A stretch of 64,000 bases of DNA, taken from assembly GCA_013239625.1 (NCBI GenBank), contig MU053379.1:5022714-5086713 (forward strand), in the 5' to 3' direction. Both the position numbers and the translations under genes were made by a program. Of this stretch, positions 49,245 through 62,626 are shown in pieces (position 1 is the stretch's first letter; each line of letters opens with the position of its first letter). Source of the DNA: Lama guanicoe (lineage: Eukaryota). Below the pieces are notes generated by a model that saw only the letters and a program-made list of their open reading frames with translations, was not told the DNA's origin and did not search any database.

Positions 49245-49672
49245 TGTGATGGCTGACTCCCTGTGTCAGCTTGGCTGGGCTACGGTGCCTAGACATTTGG
49301 TCAAATATTATTCTGGATGTTTCCATGGAGGTATTTTCTGGATGAGATTAACATTTGAATCCGTGGATTTTGAGGACAGTAGATTACCCTCCACAATGTA
49401 CGTGGGCCTCGGATTACTTGCAGGCCTGACCAGAGCAGAGATGGACCCCCTCCTCCTCCCCCACCCCTCCTCCTCTCCCATCCCTCTCCAGCAGAAGGGA
49501 TTCTCCAGAAGAAGGCCTTCGGAGTCCAGACGCAGCCTGTTCTTGGGTCTCCAGCCTGCTGGCCTGCCTCCCGGATTTTGGCCTTGGACCTCCATGATCG
49601 TGTGACCCAGGTCCTTGACCTAAATCTCTGGGTCTGTGTCCTGTTGGGTCTGTTCCCCTGACAGACACCCAG
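49245..49672 (+). mobile_element. ERVL solo LTR (MLT2-like)
   Basis: tgtgatggct..tgtgtcagcttggctgggctacggtgcctagacatttggtcaaatattattctggatgttt..gatgagattaacatttgaatc..agattaccctccacaatgt. Confidence 0.85.
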
Positions 49673-52600
49673 GTGCTGTGTGGCTGCGTCTTTGCGTCTT
49701 TGTGAACGACTGTACGTGATTGCTCGGCTGCATCCCTGCCCTTTTTAGATGATTTTTTAGTTTATTTTACATGATTTCAGACTTTAAAAGTTGCAGAACT
49801 TCCCATTTGCTCTCCACCCAGATTCTCCAGGCCTGACACATTTAAACACATTTGTTGTGTCTTTCTCTGTATAAATACACTTTTTTTCTGAACCATTTGA
49901 AAGTAAGTTTTGGACTTCGTACTCCTTTCCTCCTAAAAACTCATGTGTGTGGTTCGGAAAAATCAGGGAGACCCCCTTACAGACCACAGCGTCTGGAAAG
50001 GGCTCAGGACGCTGCCACGGCGGCGCTGCCCCTGCAGACCTTCCTGGGCAGGCCCCCAGGAGACCCACACAGTCGGAGCCACGAAGCAGACAAAGGCAGG
50101 CGACAGGTCGCTGACTCTGGCCTACACTCTGTGCAGAGTGGGGTTCTTAGGATACGGCTGAGGGGAGAGAAACGAACACAGAGATGTAGAAGAGCAACTG
50201 GACGGCAAAAGAATCTGGTTAACTGTTTTCAGCGGGATCTCCTGGAGCAGGAATTCTGCGTGATTTCGGTTTTAGCCGAGTGTCTTTTTCTCCACCTTGA
50301 AACGTCGTGTAAAGGTGAGAGGAGCCCTGTTTAAAACACTGACTTAAACGCCGAGCCGTAAATACAGCCCGACACGGTCCAGATCATGCAGTGTCGGCTG
50401 GCCGGGCTCTGGCCTCCGTCAGAGACTCGGAGACTCGCACGGTTACCTGGCTCGGGGGTGGGAGGGAGGGGGCAGTCCGTCGAGCTTCACAGCAAATCAG
50501 GCGAAGGCAGGGCTGTGAGGCTGCGAGGTCGCGGAGGCCACAGTAAGGTGGTTTCCCGCAGAACTGAGTGATCTCTGAGGTCCTGTAAGTTCTCACGTTC
50601 TGCACTTCACTGCAGTTTACATTTCCCAGCTTGACCTTGAGCAAGCAGACCTGTGTTCTAAGTACCAGCACCTAAAATAAAAAGGAAATCGGTGCGCCAC
50701 AGAGAGACGGAGTCCGCCGGTTCCTGGGGAAGCCCGGTTTCCCCAGCAGTTACCTCTGCGCTTGCGTCGCCTTTATGGCTGGGCCTCCCTCCGCAGGCAC
50801 GGCTGTGGTTTTATAGCGCTGTCTCCTCTCTGGAGCCCCTCAGACCCAGTGGAGGGGGCGCTGTGACCCAGTCAGTGGGGACAAGGATGCGCCTCCACTG
50901 TCTGGCAAGTGGGAGGTGGCCCCAGTGGCCTTGGAGAGGCTGTGTTGGGTCAGGGTCAGCTCTGTCCGGCAGGAGCCGGCGGGCCGCCGTGGGAGCCACA
51001 CGGGGTGACGCAGCTGCGTGGCGGTGCGGCCATGGCAGCAGCTCGCGGACCGGGGGCGTGTGGCGGCGTGCCCTGGGCGCGGGGAGACGGGCCGGGCCGG
51101 CCCTGCCTGTGGACCGGGCTCCTGCTGCTGGTGGAAGCGGCTGTCGCCCGCTGCGTCCTGTCACCCCATGTGCTCGGAGGTCTTTCTCCCCCTTTCCTGA
51201 GGAGTGGTCGGGCCCTCCTGTTAAACGAGAGCTCTGAGCCCGCGTGTGGGCGCGGGAAGAGGGTCTGGAGGTCTGTAACCAAAGCTGTTCGTCTCGGCTG
51301 CGGGCGGGCACGGGGAGACCAGCCCCCTGAGGTTAGGCTCTGTCCTCGCAGCCCGAGCTCGCTGGCTCCTGGGTCCTCGGGAGAGCGACACGTTGTGTCA
51401 TGTTTGTGTTGATCGTGTTTCCATCTGTTTGTGTCCAGGAGCTTTGTGCTTCTCTGTGTGGTTACCTGCTGTGTGGGCTTTGCAGGTAATAAATACACCC
51501 ACTTAAAAAAAATTAAGGCTGCCTCTAGGCCATTAACACTTGTTACAGTCATATTGCAAAGAAGGGTCCCTGCGAGAAAGACCAGCACCCTACTTCAGCC
51601 CTGCGGGGGCCCCCCGCCCCGAGTGGCAGGGTTGGGGTCCCTGCTGTTCTTGGGCTCAAGCTGGTGAGTGTCTGTTCCTCGATGCTTCCTGAGCCGGGAG
51701 GCCCTGTCCGAGGTTGCACAGGGCCACCAGGAGGCGGGTGAGGCTGGGTGGCCTCGGGCCTGCAGCAGCTCGGCTCCAGGTCGGCTCGGAGCCGGCCCTT
51801 TGCAGGTGAGCCCGCAGCTTTTTCTTGGACCAAGCCTGTGCCCTCAGGTGCTTTTTTCAGAATGCCTTTGTTAGTCAGGTTCTGCACCCCTCCCTGAAAA
51901 TCTGGCCTGGTGAGGGGCCCAGCAGTGCTCGAGCCCAAAGCAGACAGAGAGGTGCTGTCAGAGAGGCAGGGTGACCAGTTTGCCCCCTGTCACGGCAGGA
52001 GCCGGGATGGGACCTGGCCCACGTGGTCCAAATCTGTGCGTCTGGTTCTGTGGCTTCCCAAGCAGGCCTTCTTCAGTTTCATGGTTTCACACTGAACCAC
52101 CTTAAGAAACTGGCAAGTCAAAAGTCAACAGGTGAGGAAGCTATGAAAGTTCTCAAGTCACACGGACAGAAACAGCCCCAGAGAACAAGGCACAGACCCC
52201 GAGTCAGAGCTCCAGCTGAGCAGGGCCTGCAGCGGTGGTCAGCCTTCCCTGAGCGGGCGGTGTCCAGGGAACCTGGTGCCCCGCTGCTGCCCTCACACGG
52301 GGTGCTGCGGGGGCTGCCCGGCCCATTTGCAGGACTGAATACAGCGCTGAACCCTGGGCATCTGTGATCAACTGGGGAGGAAGATGAAAGAGATTCAGAG
52401 GTTTTAAGACTAGGCCCAACATTTTATGCTTCAGCACCCGTCCCTTCGAGATAATCAAGCTGTTCTCACAGTGCTGGTTAATGCAGTTTTATAAAACCAC
52501 TGGGGGAGAACCCCGGGGGAGGTATGTGGGGCAGAAGCGGCCTTCAGTGTGCACAGAAAAGGGATGTCTGTGCTCAGAACTGAGACTCACACTCGTCTGG

Positions 52601-53889
52601 ACAGCTGGGTTTCGTCGTCTCTGTGTTTCCAGGTCGGTTACTAAGCCCTGCCTGGGGGAGGGGCGGCACCTGCTGTGGAAACCGCGCAGGACAGTGGCTC
52701 CACTCAGGTGCAGAGTAAAGAGCGTCCAAGGTGCGGAGGCCGGGAAGGAGCGGTGGGCTGTGAGCAGCGGCGGCGGCTCTGTGGGGCCATTGGTGCTCCG
52801 CCACGTGGGGCTGAAAGGGCCTCGCGGTTGGCAGGGGGCTTTTGCAGCCGTGCATTCGTTCGTGTGCTCAGACGAGGGAGAGGGAGGCTGCCCGACCGAG
52901 CTCTGTCTCATTCTAGTGTGTGTGTGTGTGTGTGCACGTTCTTTTGATTCGCAGATTTAGTTTGTGTGGAAGGTTTTCTTAAATGACATGTTGAAAAACT
53001 TTCAACCTTCAGTCTCTTTCTTCAGGGACCGCCACCACGCAGGTGTTACGTGTCCTTTGTCTTCGTGAGGACGTTTCTCCCTCCAGCTCCCTTCAGGATT
53101 CTCCCCCATTTTGTTCACTTGTTGCCGACTTTGTGTTTCCAGCTGTTTTGCACCCGGTGCCTGCGTGTCTGTGGCGGTTTCATGTCCCGTTTATTTTACT
53201 TCTTTGGGTCCTTTTGTTTCCTCATCAGTGTTTCTTTCTTTTTTTAAAAAATTTTTAAACACCTTTATTGTGCTGCGATTCCTGTTCAGTGGGCACGTGC
53301 TTCAGGTGCGCACTCTGATGAGTCCGCCAGCGTCTCCTGGGTCTTGGGTGGGCTGTGCTATGCGTGCCGCGCGTCCCGGGGTGGGTGCTGGGTGTCCTTT
53401 GCCCGCTCTGTTTCCGGTCTGCTTGTTTCTATTTTCGGGATTGGAGATCTCGGAGAGGAGGGGCTTCGTCCTGAACCGGAGGCTTGCAGCTGGATTTTGG
53501 GGCGGGGGCCTGGTGTGCACAGCGTGGAGGGAGCAGCCCCTCCCAGGCTCCCAGGTTTGTGGGGGTGTGTGTGTTAGTGTGTGTGTGCCCACAGGTACGA
53601 GTATGCGCTCTGGGAGTGAGTGCTTGTGCTCGTGTGTGTGCACAGGTGGGAGTGTAGAGTGCTCTGTCTTCTCCTCGCCAGCAGTGGGCAGTCCCCGCTG
53701 CCCCACCCGCAGCTTGCCGGGGAGATGATGCGAGGGCCAGCCTCCCTCAGTTTCCACCTTGGTTTCCTTAGTGTTAGTGAGTTTTAGGGAGAAGTGGGCA
53801 GAGGCATTTTTATTCAGTTCTCTTTACAACTGGAGATACTCTGTTTTATTTTGTTTTATTAATTTATTTTTTTAATCAACCGTACTTCA

Positions 53890-56800
53890 GTTAAAAAGCA
53901 AACAAACAAACAGACAACCCGTTTAAACTATGGGCGGAAGAACTGAACAGACGTTTTTCCGAAGGAGGAAATGCGGATGGGCCACAGGAACGTGGAATCT
54001 ACTCAGCATCACCAGTACCAGCGACACGCGGATCAGAATCACGAGGCTCCATCTCACCTGTCAGAGTGCCCGTCGTCAGAAATGACAAGTGTTGGCGAGG
54101 ACGTGGAGAAAAGGAGCCCTTGTGCACTGCTGGTGGGAATGCAAATTGGTGCAGCCACCGTGGAAAACAGTGTGGAGGTTCCTCAGAAACCCGAAACCAG
54201 AAGCACCGCATGGCCCAGCAGTTCCACTCCTGGGCGTACACCCAAGAAAAACAAACATTAATTCAAAAAGATACATACACCCCGCTGTTTCTAATCACCG
54301 AGATATGGAAGCATCTCAAATGCACATCAGTAGATGAAAGGATAAAGATGTAGCAGATATACACAGTGGAACACAGCTCGCCTGCAGAAAAGAAGGATGT
54401 TTTGCCATTTGCAGCCCTTCGTTCACTTTTGGTTTTTTGCACTTCAAAAACCAGAATTTTATAGCTGGCATAAACATTTCCATTGCATCAAAAAGAACAA
54501 AATACCTAGAAATAAACTTAACCAAGGAAGTTACCTATACTGTGAAAACTGTAAAACACTGATGAAGGAAACTGAAGATGACACAAAGAAATGGAGAGAT
54601 TTCTTGTGCTCTTGGATTGGAAGAATCAACACTATCGAAATGGCCATACGACCCAAAGCAACCTGCAGATCCCATGCAACCCCTGTCAAAATACTCACGA
54701 CATTCCTCACAGAACTAGAACAGACAGTTCCAAAATCCAGTTCACTTAGCGTGCACGAGGTCCTGAGTTCAATCCCCAGTACCTCTGTTAAAAGAATTTT
54801 TTTTAAGTGTACAGTTTATTCAGTGGTTTTGGTATTTTCAGGGTTGTATGGCCATCACCACAGTCAATTTTAGAACATTGCATTTCCCCAGAAAGAAGCC
54901 CCGCACCTTTTAGCGGTTGCCCACCCTAAACTCCCCATCCCCCACCTCAGGCAGCTGCTAATCCGCTTTCTGTAGATGCACCGACATTCCATGTAAGTGG
55001 GATCATGTGGCAGGTGGTCTTCTGTGTCTGGCTCTTTGGTCCAGCGTAATGCTTTCTGGGTTTGTTCTCGCTGTGGTGTGTATCAGTGCTTGATTCCTTT
55101 TTGTAGCTGAATAATATTCCACAATGTGGATATACCACATTTTACTTATCCATTCATACACACTGATGGACAGTTGAGTTGTTTCCACCTTTTGGCTATT
55201 AGTGGCCACCGGCTTTTGTTTCTTTGGGGTACGTGTCTAAGAGCAGAATTGCTGGGCCACATGGGAATACTGGCTCACTTTTTGGGGATCTGCGGACTGG
55301 CGTCCAAAGTAGCTGCACCTTTCACATTGTAACCAGCCATTTTTCATGGTTCTGATTTTTTCAGATCCTAGCTAGTGTCTGTCATTATCTGGTGACTTAC
55401 TGATCATAGTCATAGTGGTGGTTGTGAAGTGGCATCTCATTGTGCTTCTGGTTGGTATTTCCCTCCTGATTGGCAGTGTGAAGCATCTTTGTGTGAGTTT
55501 ATGGGCAGTTTGTATATTCTTTGGAGAAATGTCTGTCCAGCTCCCTTGCTCAGCCAACCCTTGGATTTTCTTTTTATTACTGAGTTGTGTATATATTCCT
55601 GATACAAATTTCTTACCAGTTGTATGATTTGCAAAAATTTTCTCCCAGAAGAACAAAGCTGGCGAGATCATGCTCTGACTCCAGGCTGTACTACAAAGCT
55701 ATAATAAACAAAACAGTGTGGTGCTGGCACAGAAACAGACACGTGGATCAGTGAAACAGGCTGGAAAGTCCAGAAATAAACCCACACACTTAAGGTCAGT
55801 TAATCTATGACAAAGGAGGCAAGAATGTACAATGGAGAAAAGAAAGTCTCTTCAATAAATGTTGCTGGGAAAACTGGACAGCTACCTGTAAAAGGCTGAA
55901 ATTAGAACATTCTCTAATGCCATATACAAAATAAACTCAAAATGGATTAAAGACCTAAATGGAAGACTGGGAACTATAAAACTGGGTGCTATAAAAGCCA
56001 GAAGAAAACATAGGCAGAACACTCTTTGATATAAATTGTAGCAAGGAGGTTTTTTTTTCTCTTAAGGCAAAGGAAACAAAAGCAAAAATAAATGGGACCT
56101 AATTAAGCTTCAAGCTTTTTCACTTCAAAGGAGACCATAAACAAAATGAAAAGACAACCTACTGAATGAGAGAAAATATTTGCAAATGATGCGACCAATA
56201 AGGGGTTAATATCCAAACATATAAATGACTCATACAACTCAATAGGAAACAAAAAGAAACCTGATTAAAAATGGGAAGAAGGCCTACATACTCATTTTTC
56301 TAAAGAAGATATACAGATGGCCAACAGGAGCATGAAAAGATGCTCAAAATTACTAACCATCAGAGAAATGCAAATCAAAACCACATTTGTGTGTGGTCTG
56401 CAGGGCGCCCGGCTTTATTGTTTTGCCCTTGGATGTCCAGTTTACCTCATGCCGCTCATTGGAAAGACCTCTTCCCACCAGAATTACATGGGCACCCTTG
56501 TTGTGAATCAGCTGACCACACGTGTGAGGGTTTGCTGGGCGCTGTTCTAGTCCAGTGCTCCGTGTGTCTGTCCTCGGGCCAGTCCTGCGCAGCCCCACGC
56601 ACTGGAGTTTGGCAGTGAGGGTCTGAGACTGGAAAGTGTGAGTCCTCCAGTTTTCTTCTTTCTTTCAGTGTTGTTCTGACTGTTCCAGGTCCCTTGCGTT
56701 TCCATCTCGGTGCCGGCATCAGCCTGCCCGTCTGCGAGGCCAGCTGGAGTGCTGACAGGGATTGTTTGAATCTGTAGATCATTCTGGGATTCTTACCAGC

Positions 56801-57760
56801 TTCGCGGTGTTGAGCCCTCCAATCCACTGACACAGGATGTGTCTGCACTTCGTGAGGTCCCCTGCCTCTGCTTTTCAGGTTGGGAGCCCCTTTCTAACTG
56901 GTCTGTCCTTTCAGGCTGCGTCTCAGTTCTGAGGACAGTAGTTTAAGAACTATTACAACCTCACTAATTATCAGAGAAATGCAAATCAAAACTACAACGA
57001 GGTATCACCTCACACCAGTCAGAATGGCCGTCATTCAAAAGTCCACAAATGACAAATGCTGGAGAGGCTGTGGAGAAAGGGGAGCCCTCCTACACTGCTG
57101 GTGGGAATGCAGTTTGGTGCAGCCACTGTGGAGAACAGTATGGAGATTCCTCAAAAGACTGAAAATAGACTTACTATAGGATCCAGCAGTCCGACTCCTG
57201 GGCATATATCCAGAGAAAAATATAATTTAAAAAGACACCTGCACCCCAATGTTCACAGCAGCACTATTTACAACAGCCAAGACATGGAAATGACCTAAAT
57301 GTCCCCAAGAGATGACTAGATAAAGAAGATGTGGTATATTTATACAAAGGAATATTACTCAGCCATAAAAATAATAAAACAATGCCATTTGCTGCAACAT
57401 GGTTGGACCTGGAGATTGTCATACTAAGTGAGGTGAGCCAGAAAGAGAAAGAAAAACAGCATATGGTACCACTTACATGTGGAATCGAAAAAAAGAACAC
57501 AAATGAACGTATCTACAAAACAGAAACAGACTCTCAGACACAGAGAACAAACTTACGGTTACCAGGAGACAAAGGGGATGAGGAGGGATAAACAGAGTTT
57601 GAAAACTGCACCCCTTGGGGAGGGATGGAGGGTTCGCTGTCTTGATTGTGGCGGTGGTTTCATGGGTGTCTGTGTCTATCACAAGTCACCAGGTTGTGCG
57701 TCTGGGATACGTGCAGCTGACTGCACGGGAAGCGTACCACAATAAAGGTGCTGAAAACAA
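53890..57760. mobile_element. Patchwork of LINE-1 fragments in alternating orientation in PYGB intron 1
   Basis: + ORF2 pieces at ~53890-54420, 54470-54735, 55650-56385 and 56960-57590 ([35 protein letters not shown]); - pieces at ~54800-55645 and 56385-56850. Confidence 0.88.
54742..54795 (+). mobile_element. 5'-truncated Vic-1-like SINE
   Basis: cttagcgtgcacgaggtcctgagttcaatccccagtacctctgttaaaa. Confidence 0.75.
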
Positions 57761-59463
57761 ACAAAAACAGAACGATCTACGACAGCGGGTGTGAAGCTGG
57801 TGGCCGGCAGGCGGTCTCCAGAGCTCCGCATGTGTTTCTGGGCAGCTTCTGGTCGGAATTCTAATCCGGGTCGAAACAAGCCCCCACCAGCCTGTCGCTG
57901 CATGGACCGCGGCTTCCCAAGCTGGTGGTGCAGGGCTCGCGAACCCAAAGACCCTGCCAGGCCTTTGCCCTCCCTGCGTTCCGCAGCCCCTAGGAAGATG
58001 GGTTTTTAAACTGTATTCTGGACGTTGTACCTTACAGGGAAGTAAAACCGCAGCGCAGCCCTCTCCACCTGGGCTCACATCAGGGCCGACACCCACTCAC
58101 GCCCGTGCACACCTCACATCTCGAGGCTGCTTTTGCTTTCCTCCTTTTATTCAGAGGTAGTGTTAGGTTTTCAGGGTTGCGGTGGAGTCTAGCGTCCCCG
58201 CGTCCCCGTCACCGCCCCCTGCAGGCAGCAGCGTGACAGCCAGTGGCACGGTTTCCAAAACCACCGTTGGCTCAGCGCGTCTTCCGACTTAACCGGTTCT
58301 TCCTCCGCCGTCTTTCCTCCGCCCCTGGATCTCGTCTGGTTGTAGCTCTGCTGTCATTGTTGCTCTTTCCTCATCTTCTCAGGGGTGCTGGTCAGGCTAC
58401 CTGACCACCTGATGGGGTCAGGGAGCTCGGGGGGAGGGCACCACAGAGGCCCATCCCCTTCCTGTGACAGCCGGTCACCGTGACCTGCTGCTGGTGACGT
58501 TCATCTTGATCCCATGGGGAAGGTGTCGTCACCACCATAAACTGAATTCACAGGTTTCCCTCTCTGGACTGTTGACCACAAGGGAGCCGTCATGTCCAGC
58601 CCACCCTCGGGGGGAGGGGGATTAAGCACCACTCCTGGAGGGAAGGTACCCGAGAATCTGGGGGGAGACGCCCGGAGGCCGCGCGGAAGCCCCAGGCAGT
58701 CCCTCCAGCGCAGTGGGCAGGCGTCTGCTGCACGGGGGTGAGTCTCTGTCCTTCCCGCCCCGTCTGCTCTTGTTACCTGGGGTCTCCTGTGAGACCCTCT
58801 GTCTCCGTGACCTCTCCCGGGCCTCACTCCGGACACTGGTGGCTGCCTGGGGCCCTGGGTGGGAGCAGGACTGCGGGCCGTGTCTCAGAGCAGCTGGTAC
58901 TGGGCACACGAGGTGTTAGCGCCCTGCCTGGCCCCAGTGGGGGTCGGCGGTCGGCCTCCCTGTTTCCTCGCAGGCTTACCTCTCAGTCACCAGATGGAGA
59001 TGGACGTGTCCATCCACCCGTCCCGTGGTTTGGACCTTGGTCTGCACCGAGTTCTTACTGGAGGCAGCAGGAGACATCCCTGCCCTGCGGGGCTGCTTCA
59101 CCCCACACAGGGGCTGTGGTCTCCTGCTCGAGGGCGCAGCGGGAAGGAGGCACTGCTGAGACCTGACTCCATGTGTCCTGGGGGCCTTGTTCCCGCCCAG
59201 TCCTGCCTCCTAGCCCTCAGGGGGAGGTCTGCCTGTGTCTCCTGGGGGGCTCCAGGAGGGCAGTGAATGGGGCCTCTGCTTCCGAAGGGCCACAGTGGGC
59301 ACTGCCCTGGGAGCTGGCATTGGCCAAGGCTGGGGGGCAGGCTGGTTTCAGGGTGTGCGGGGCCATGCGGAGTTGACCGGTGAGGCCCTAAGTGGGTCCC
59401 CCAGGCACCGCGGCCTCCCCGAGCTGGAGGAGTCAGCGTCTAACACGCTTTCTGCTTCCCCAG

Positions 59464-59565
59464 CGCGTCTACTACCTCTCGCTGGAGTTCTACATGGGCC
59501 GCACCCTGCACAACACGATGGTGAACCTGGGCCTTCGGAGCGCCTGCGACGAGGCCATGTATCAG
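59464..59565 (+). CDS. PYGB: PYGB exon 2
   Basis: [34 protein letters not shown]; cccag acceptor, CAG|GTATG donor; 102 nt. Confidence 0.98.
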
Positions 59566-60527
59566 GTATGGCGCCAGTCCGGGCCCCACACGCCCGCCCC
59601 GCGAGGGGAGCCGGGGAAGCGAGGGTTGAGTGGGAGGCAAGGCCTGGGCTGCCAGCGCGCCAGGCTTCGAGGCTTCCCGACCGCCGGACCCCTCGCCGCC
59701 CAGGCGGACTTACCTTGGCCGGAAGAGGCGGCCCTGCCCCTGTCTCTTTGCTCTGGAGCTAGTCACCCGCCTCCAGCCCCTGCCGGGCTCCCACTCAGAA
59801 GAACCTGCCTTTGCCCGGATGCCTTCACTGGCTCTCACTCTCCTGGAGGCTTAACCCTTTAACGGGTCACCCGCAGTTTTACAGCAGAGCTGGAGTTGGT
59901 CACGTTTGTTTTTTTGCCCCCCCCCCACCTGGACGCTTGGGGTGGGACTCCAGAGGGTGAACCTGCAGCCTCCTGGCCTTTGCACATGTGGAAGGGAGCC
60001 TCACTCTTGGAAGTTGCTGTAGGAGTCAGTATTTTGAAATTCAGTTTTGAAGTTTGAAAGTATTTGGAAATCTTATTTGAGTCAGATTGCTGTATGTGTT
60101 TGTACCGTTTGATTTAATAGATACTAAATCGTTTCTCCATGAGTTTGATGTTTTTATTTTCTCACAACTCTGCTTTCACCCTTCGCAGTGTATCAGATTC
60201 TCACAGTGTGGTCCGGAGAGCCCTGGGCCCCGAGACCTTCCCGGGCTCCTCTAGGTCGGGACTGACTCCTGTTCTCCCGTGTGTGCGGTGGGCCGTCAGA
60301 GGCTCCGTCCCGTGCGGTGCCACACGAGAGGGAAGCAGGATGTGCATTAGAGAGATTTGTAGAAATATAAAATACTCTTTTTAGTACACCTTTTTAGTTT
60401 TAAAAAATGCAGTTATTTTTTCATTAAACCATAGCTGCACCCTCACCACCTTGACTGTTAAGTCTTAAGTCTTTTGGCAGCTTTTGAAATACTTGGGAAC
60501 TTTCATTTTCATGCGTTGATTAAACAG

Positions 60528-61266
60528 GTTTTTTTTAGTTGAAGGAAAGTTGCTTTGCAATACTGTGTTAGTCTCGGGTGCAGCACAGTGACTCAGCGTT
60601 GCGTGTGTATGTATATGCCTGTATTCTTTTTTTCAGTTCTTTTCCATTATAGTTTGTTGCAAGAAATTGAATCTAGTTCTTTGTGCTGTACAGTGAATCC
60701 TTGTTTATTTTATATATGGCAGGCTGCATCTGTTAATCTAATACTCCCCATTTGTCCCTCCCACCCTTCCCCCCGGTAACCGTAAGTTTGTTTTCTACGT
60801 CTGTGAGTCTGTTTCTGTTTGGTAAATACGTTCACTTGTGCTACTTTTTAGATTCCACAAATAAGTGCTGTCATCTGGCGTTTGTCTTTCTGTCTCTGTG
60901 TGACTTCCTTCACTTAGTACGACCATCTCCAGGTCCATCCATGTTGCTGCAAATGGCGTTATTTTATTTTTTATGCTGAGTAGTGCTCCATTGTGTAAAT
61001 ATCCCACATCTTTATCCAGTCATTGGTGGATGGGCATTTAGGCTGCTTCCATGTCTTGGCTGTTGTAAATAGTGCTGCTGTGAAAACTGGGGCGGATGTA
61101 TCTTTCTGAATTATGTTTTACTCTGGATGTCTGCCCAGGAGTGGGACTGCTGGACCCTCTGGTAAGTGATTTTGGTTTTTGAGGAATCTCCCTACTGTCC
61201 TCCACAGTGGCTGCACCAATTTATGCTCCCACCCGCAGTGTAGGAGGCCCCCTTTTCTCCACATCC
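60528..61266 (-). mobile_element. 5'-truncated LINE-1
   Basis: L1 3' UTR plus ORF2 end (PFAATWMDLEMVVLSE on the minus strand). Confidence 0.88.
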
Positions 61267-61349
61267 TAACACGATTTTAACATTGGATTTTCAGGTCTAA
61301 AAGAAAGCAGACTCTAACCTTTGATTGATAATTTGCTCACAAGGTTTAA

Positions 61350-61535
<186 letters not shown>

Positions 61536-62522
61536 TGACCAGTGCCTCGGTCCGGGAGCAGTGCCCACGGGGCCAAGCGGCTGCCCAAGCCGGCTCACCC
61601 CAGGCTGGCGCCTGTCCCAGCGGGTCCCGTCCCCACCCCGACTGCCGGCGGGCTCCTTCCTGCCGGCTTCCAGTTGCCTTCCCTGCCACTCAGCGGTGCC
61701 ACTGGCCTTCCCCGTGGCCTCGGGTGACAGCCCATGGGTCTGAGCCCTGTGGCTCCTGGAGCCGCGTCCCTATTCAGCCCGGGTAGCCCTGAGCCTGCTG
61801 TAGCGTGCCGTGCCCCTCCCACGGGGGTGATTTACTCAGAGCGAGCCCAGGGCTTGCGTTTGTGGGCCCAGGCCTGACACCCCGGGCCCTGTGCCTGCCT
61901 GGTGAGTTGGCTTCCACGTCATTTGCTGGTATTTTCATGTGGAGTTTCAAATTTTTCTTTCTTCTTAATTTAATCCAGAAGTTTAATAAAGCTGTCTTCT
62001 GGATCTTTACTCGGAACATCGTGATTTGTCTTCAGGACATTTCGATCAGAATGAGGGCTCGATTTGGTGGCGTGCGCTCACCTTCTAGGGGCCCCAGGGG
62101 CACTCTGACGCCTGGGTTTTCGGCACGTGGATGGTGAAATGCCCCTTTCCAGCCCCCATTTCTGTGTCATCCTTACCCCAGTCGGGCGAGGTATTTCGTG
62201 GTGTCACCCCAGCAGGCGGATGGCTTTCACACGGAGTGCGTGGAGGCCGGGGAGCCTGCAGCCTGAGTGAGGGCGGTGTGTTGTGCCGGGCCAGCTTGGC
62301 GGTGTTCTCCGTCGGACTCAGGCCCCTTCCCACACCCCCATGAGCTGGCCCGGCCCCAGGCATTCCCGAGAATAGGGCCTGCTGGTCACCCCAGAGTCGC
62401 GGCCTGATGCCCCGCAGGCCAGCCCTGCACCTGCTTGACTCGGTAGCCAGGCCTGGGCCCCAGTGGCCTCCAGTCTGTTCAGTGTCTCTGATCCCAAGCA
62501 GCTCTTTGTGCTGGGTTTGCAG

Positions 62523-62626
62523 CCTGCTTCCTTGACTCGATGGCCACCTTGGGTCTGGCAGCGTACGGTTATGGGATCCGCTACGAGTTCGGGATTTTTA
62601 ACCAGAAGGTCGTCAATGGCTGGCAG
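62523..62626 (+). CDS. PYGB: PYGB exon 4 (gene continues beyond the window)
   Basis: (A)[34 protein letters not shown]; gcag acceptor, CAG|GTGAGT donor. Confidence 0.98.

Noticed and set aside
50690..51590. Overlapping 166-210 aa ORFs in PYGB intron 1
   Set aside because: GC-rich intronic sequence with low-complexity translations and no family resemblance; PYGB exons 1 and 2 join in frame without them.
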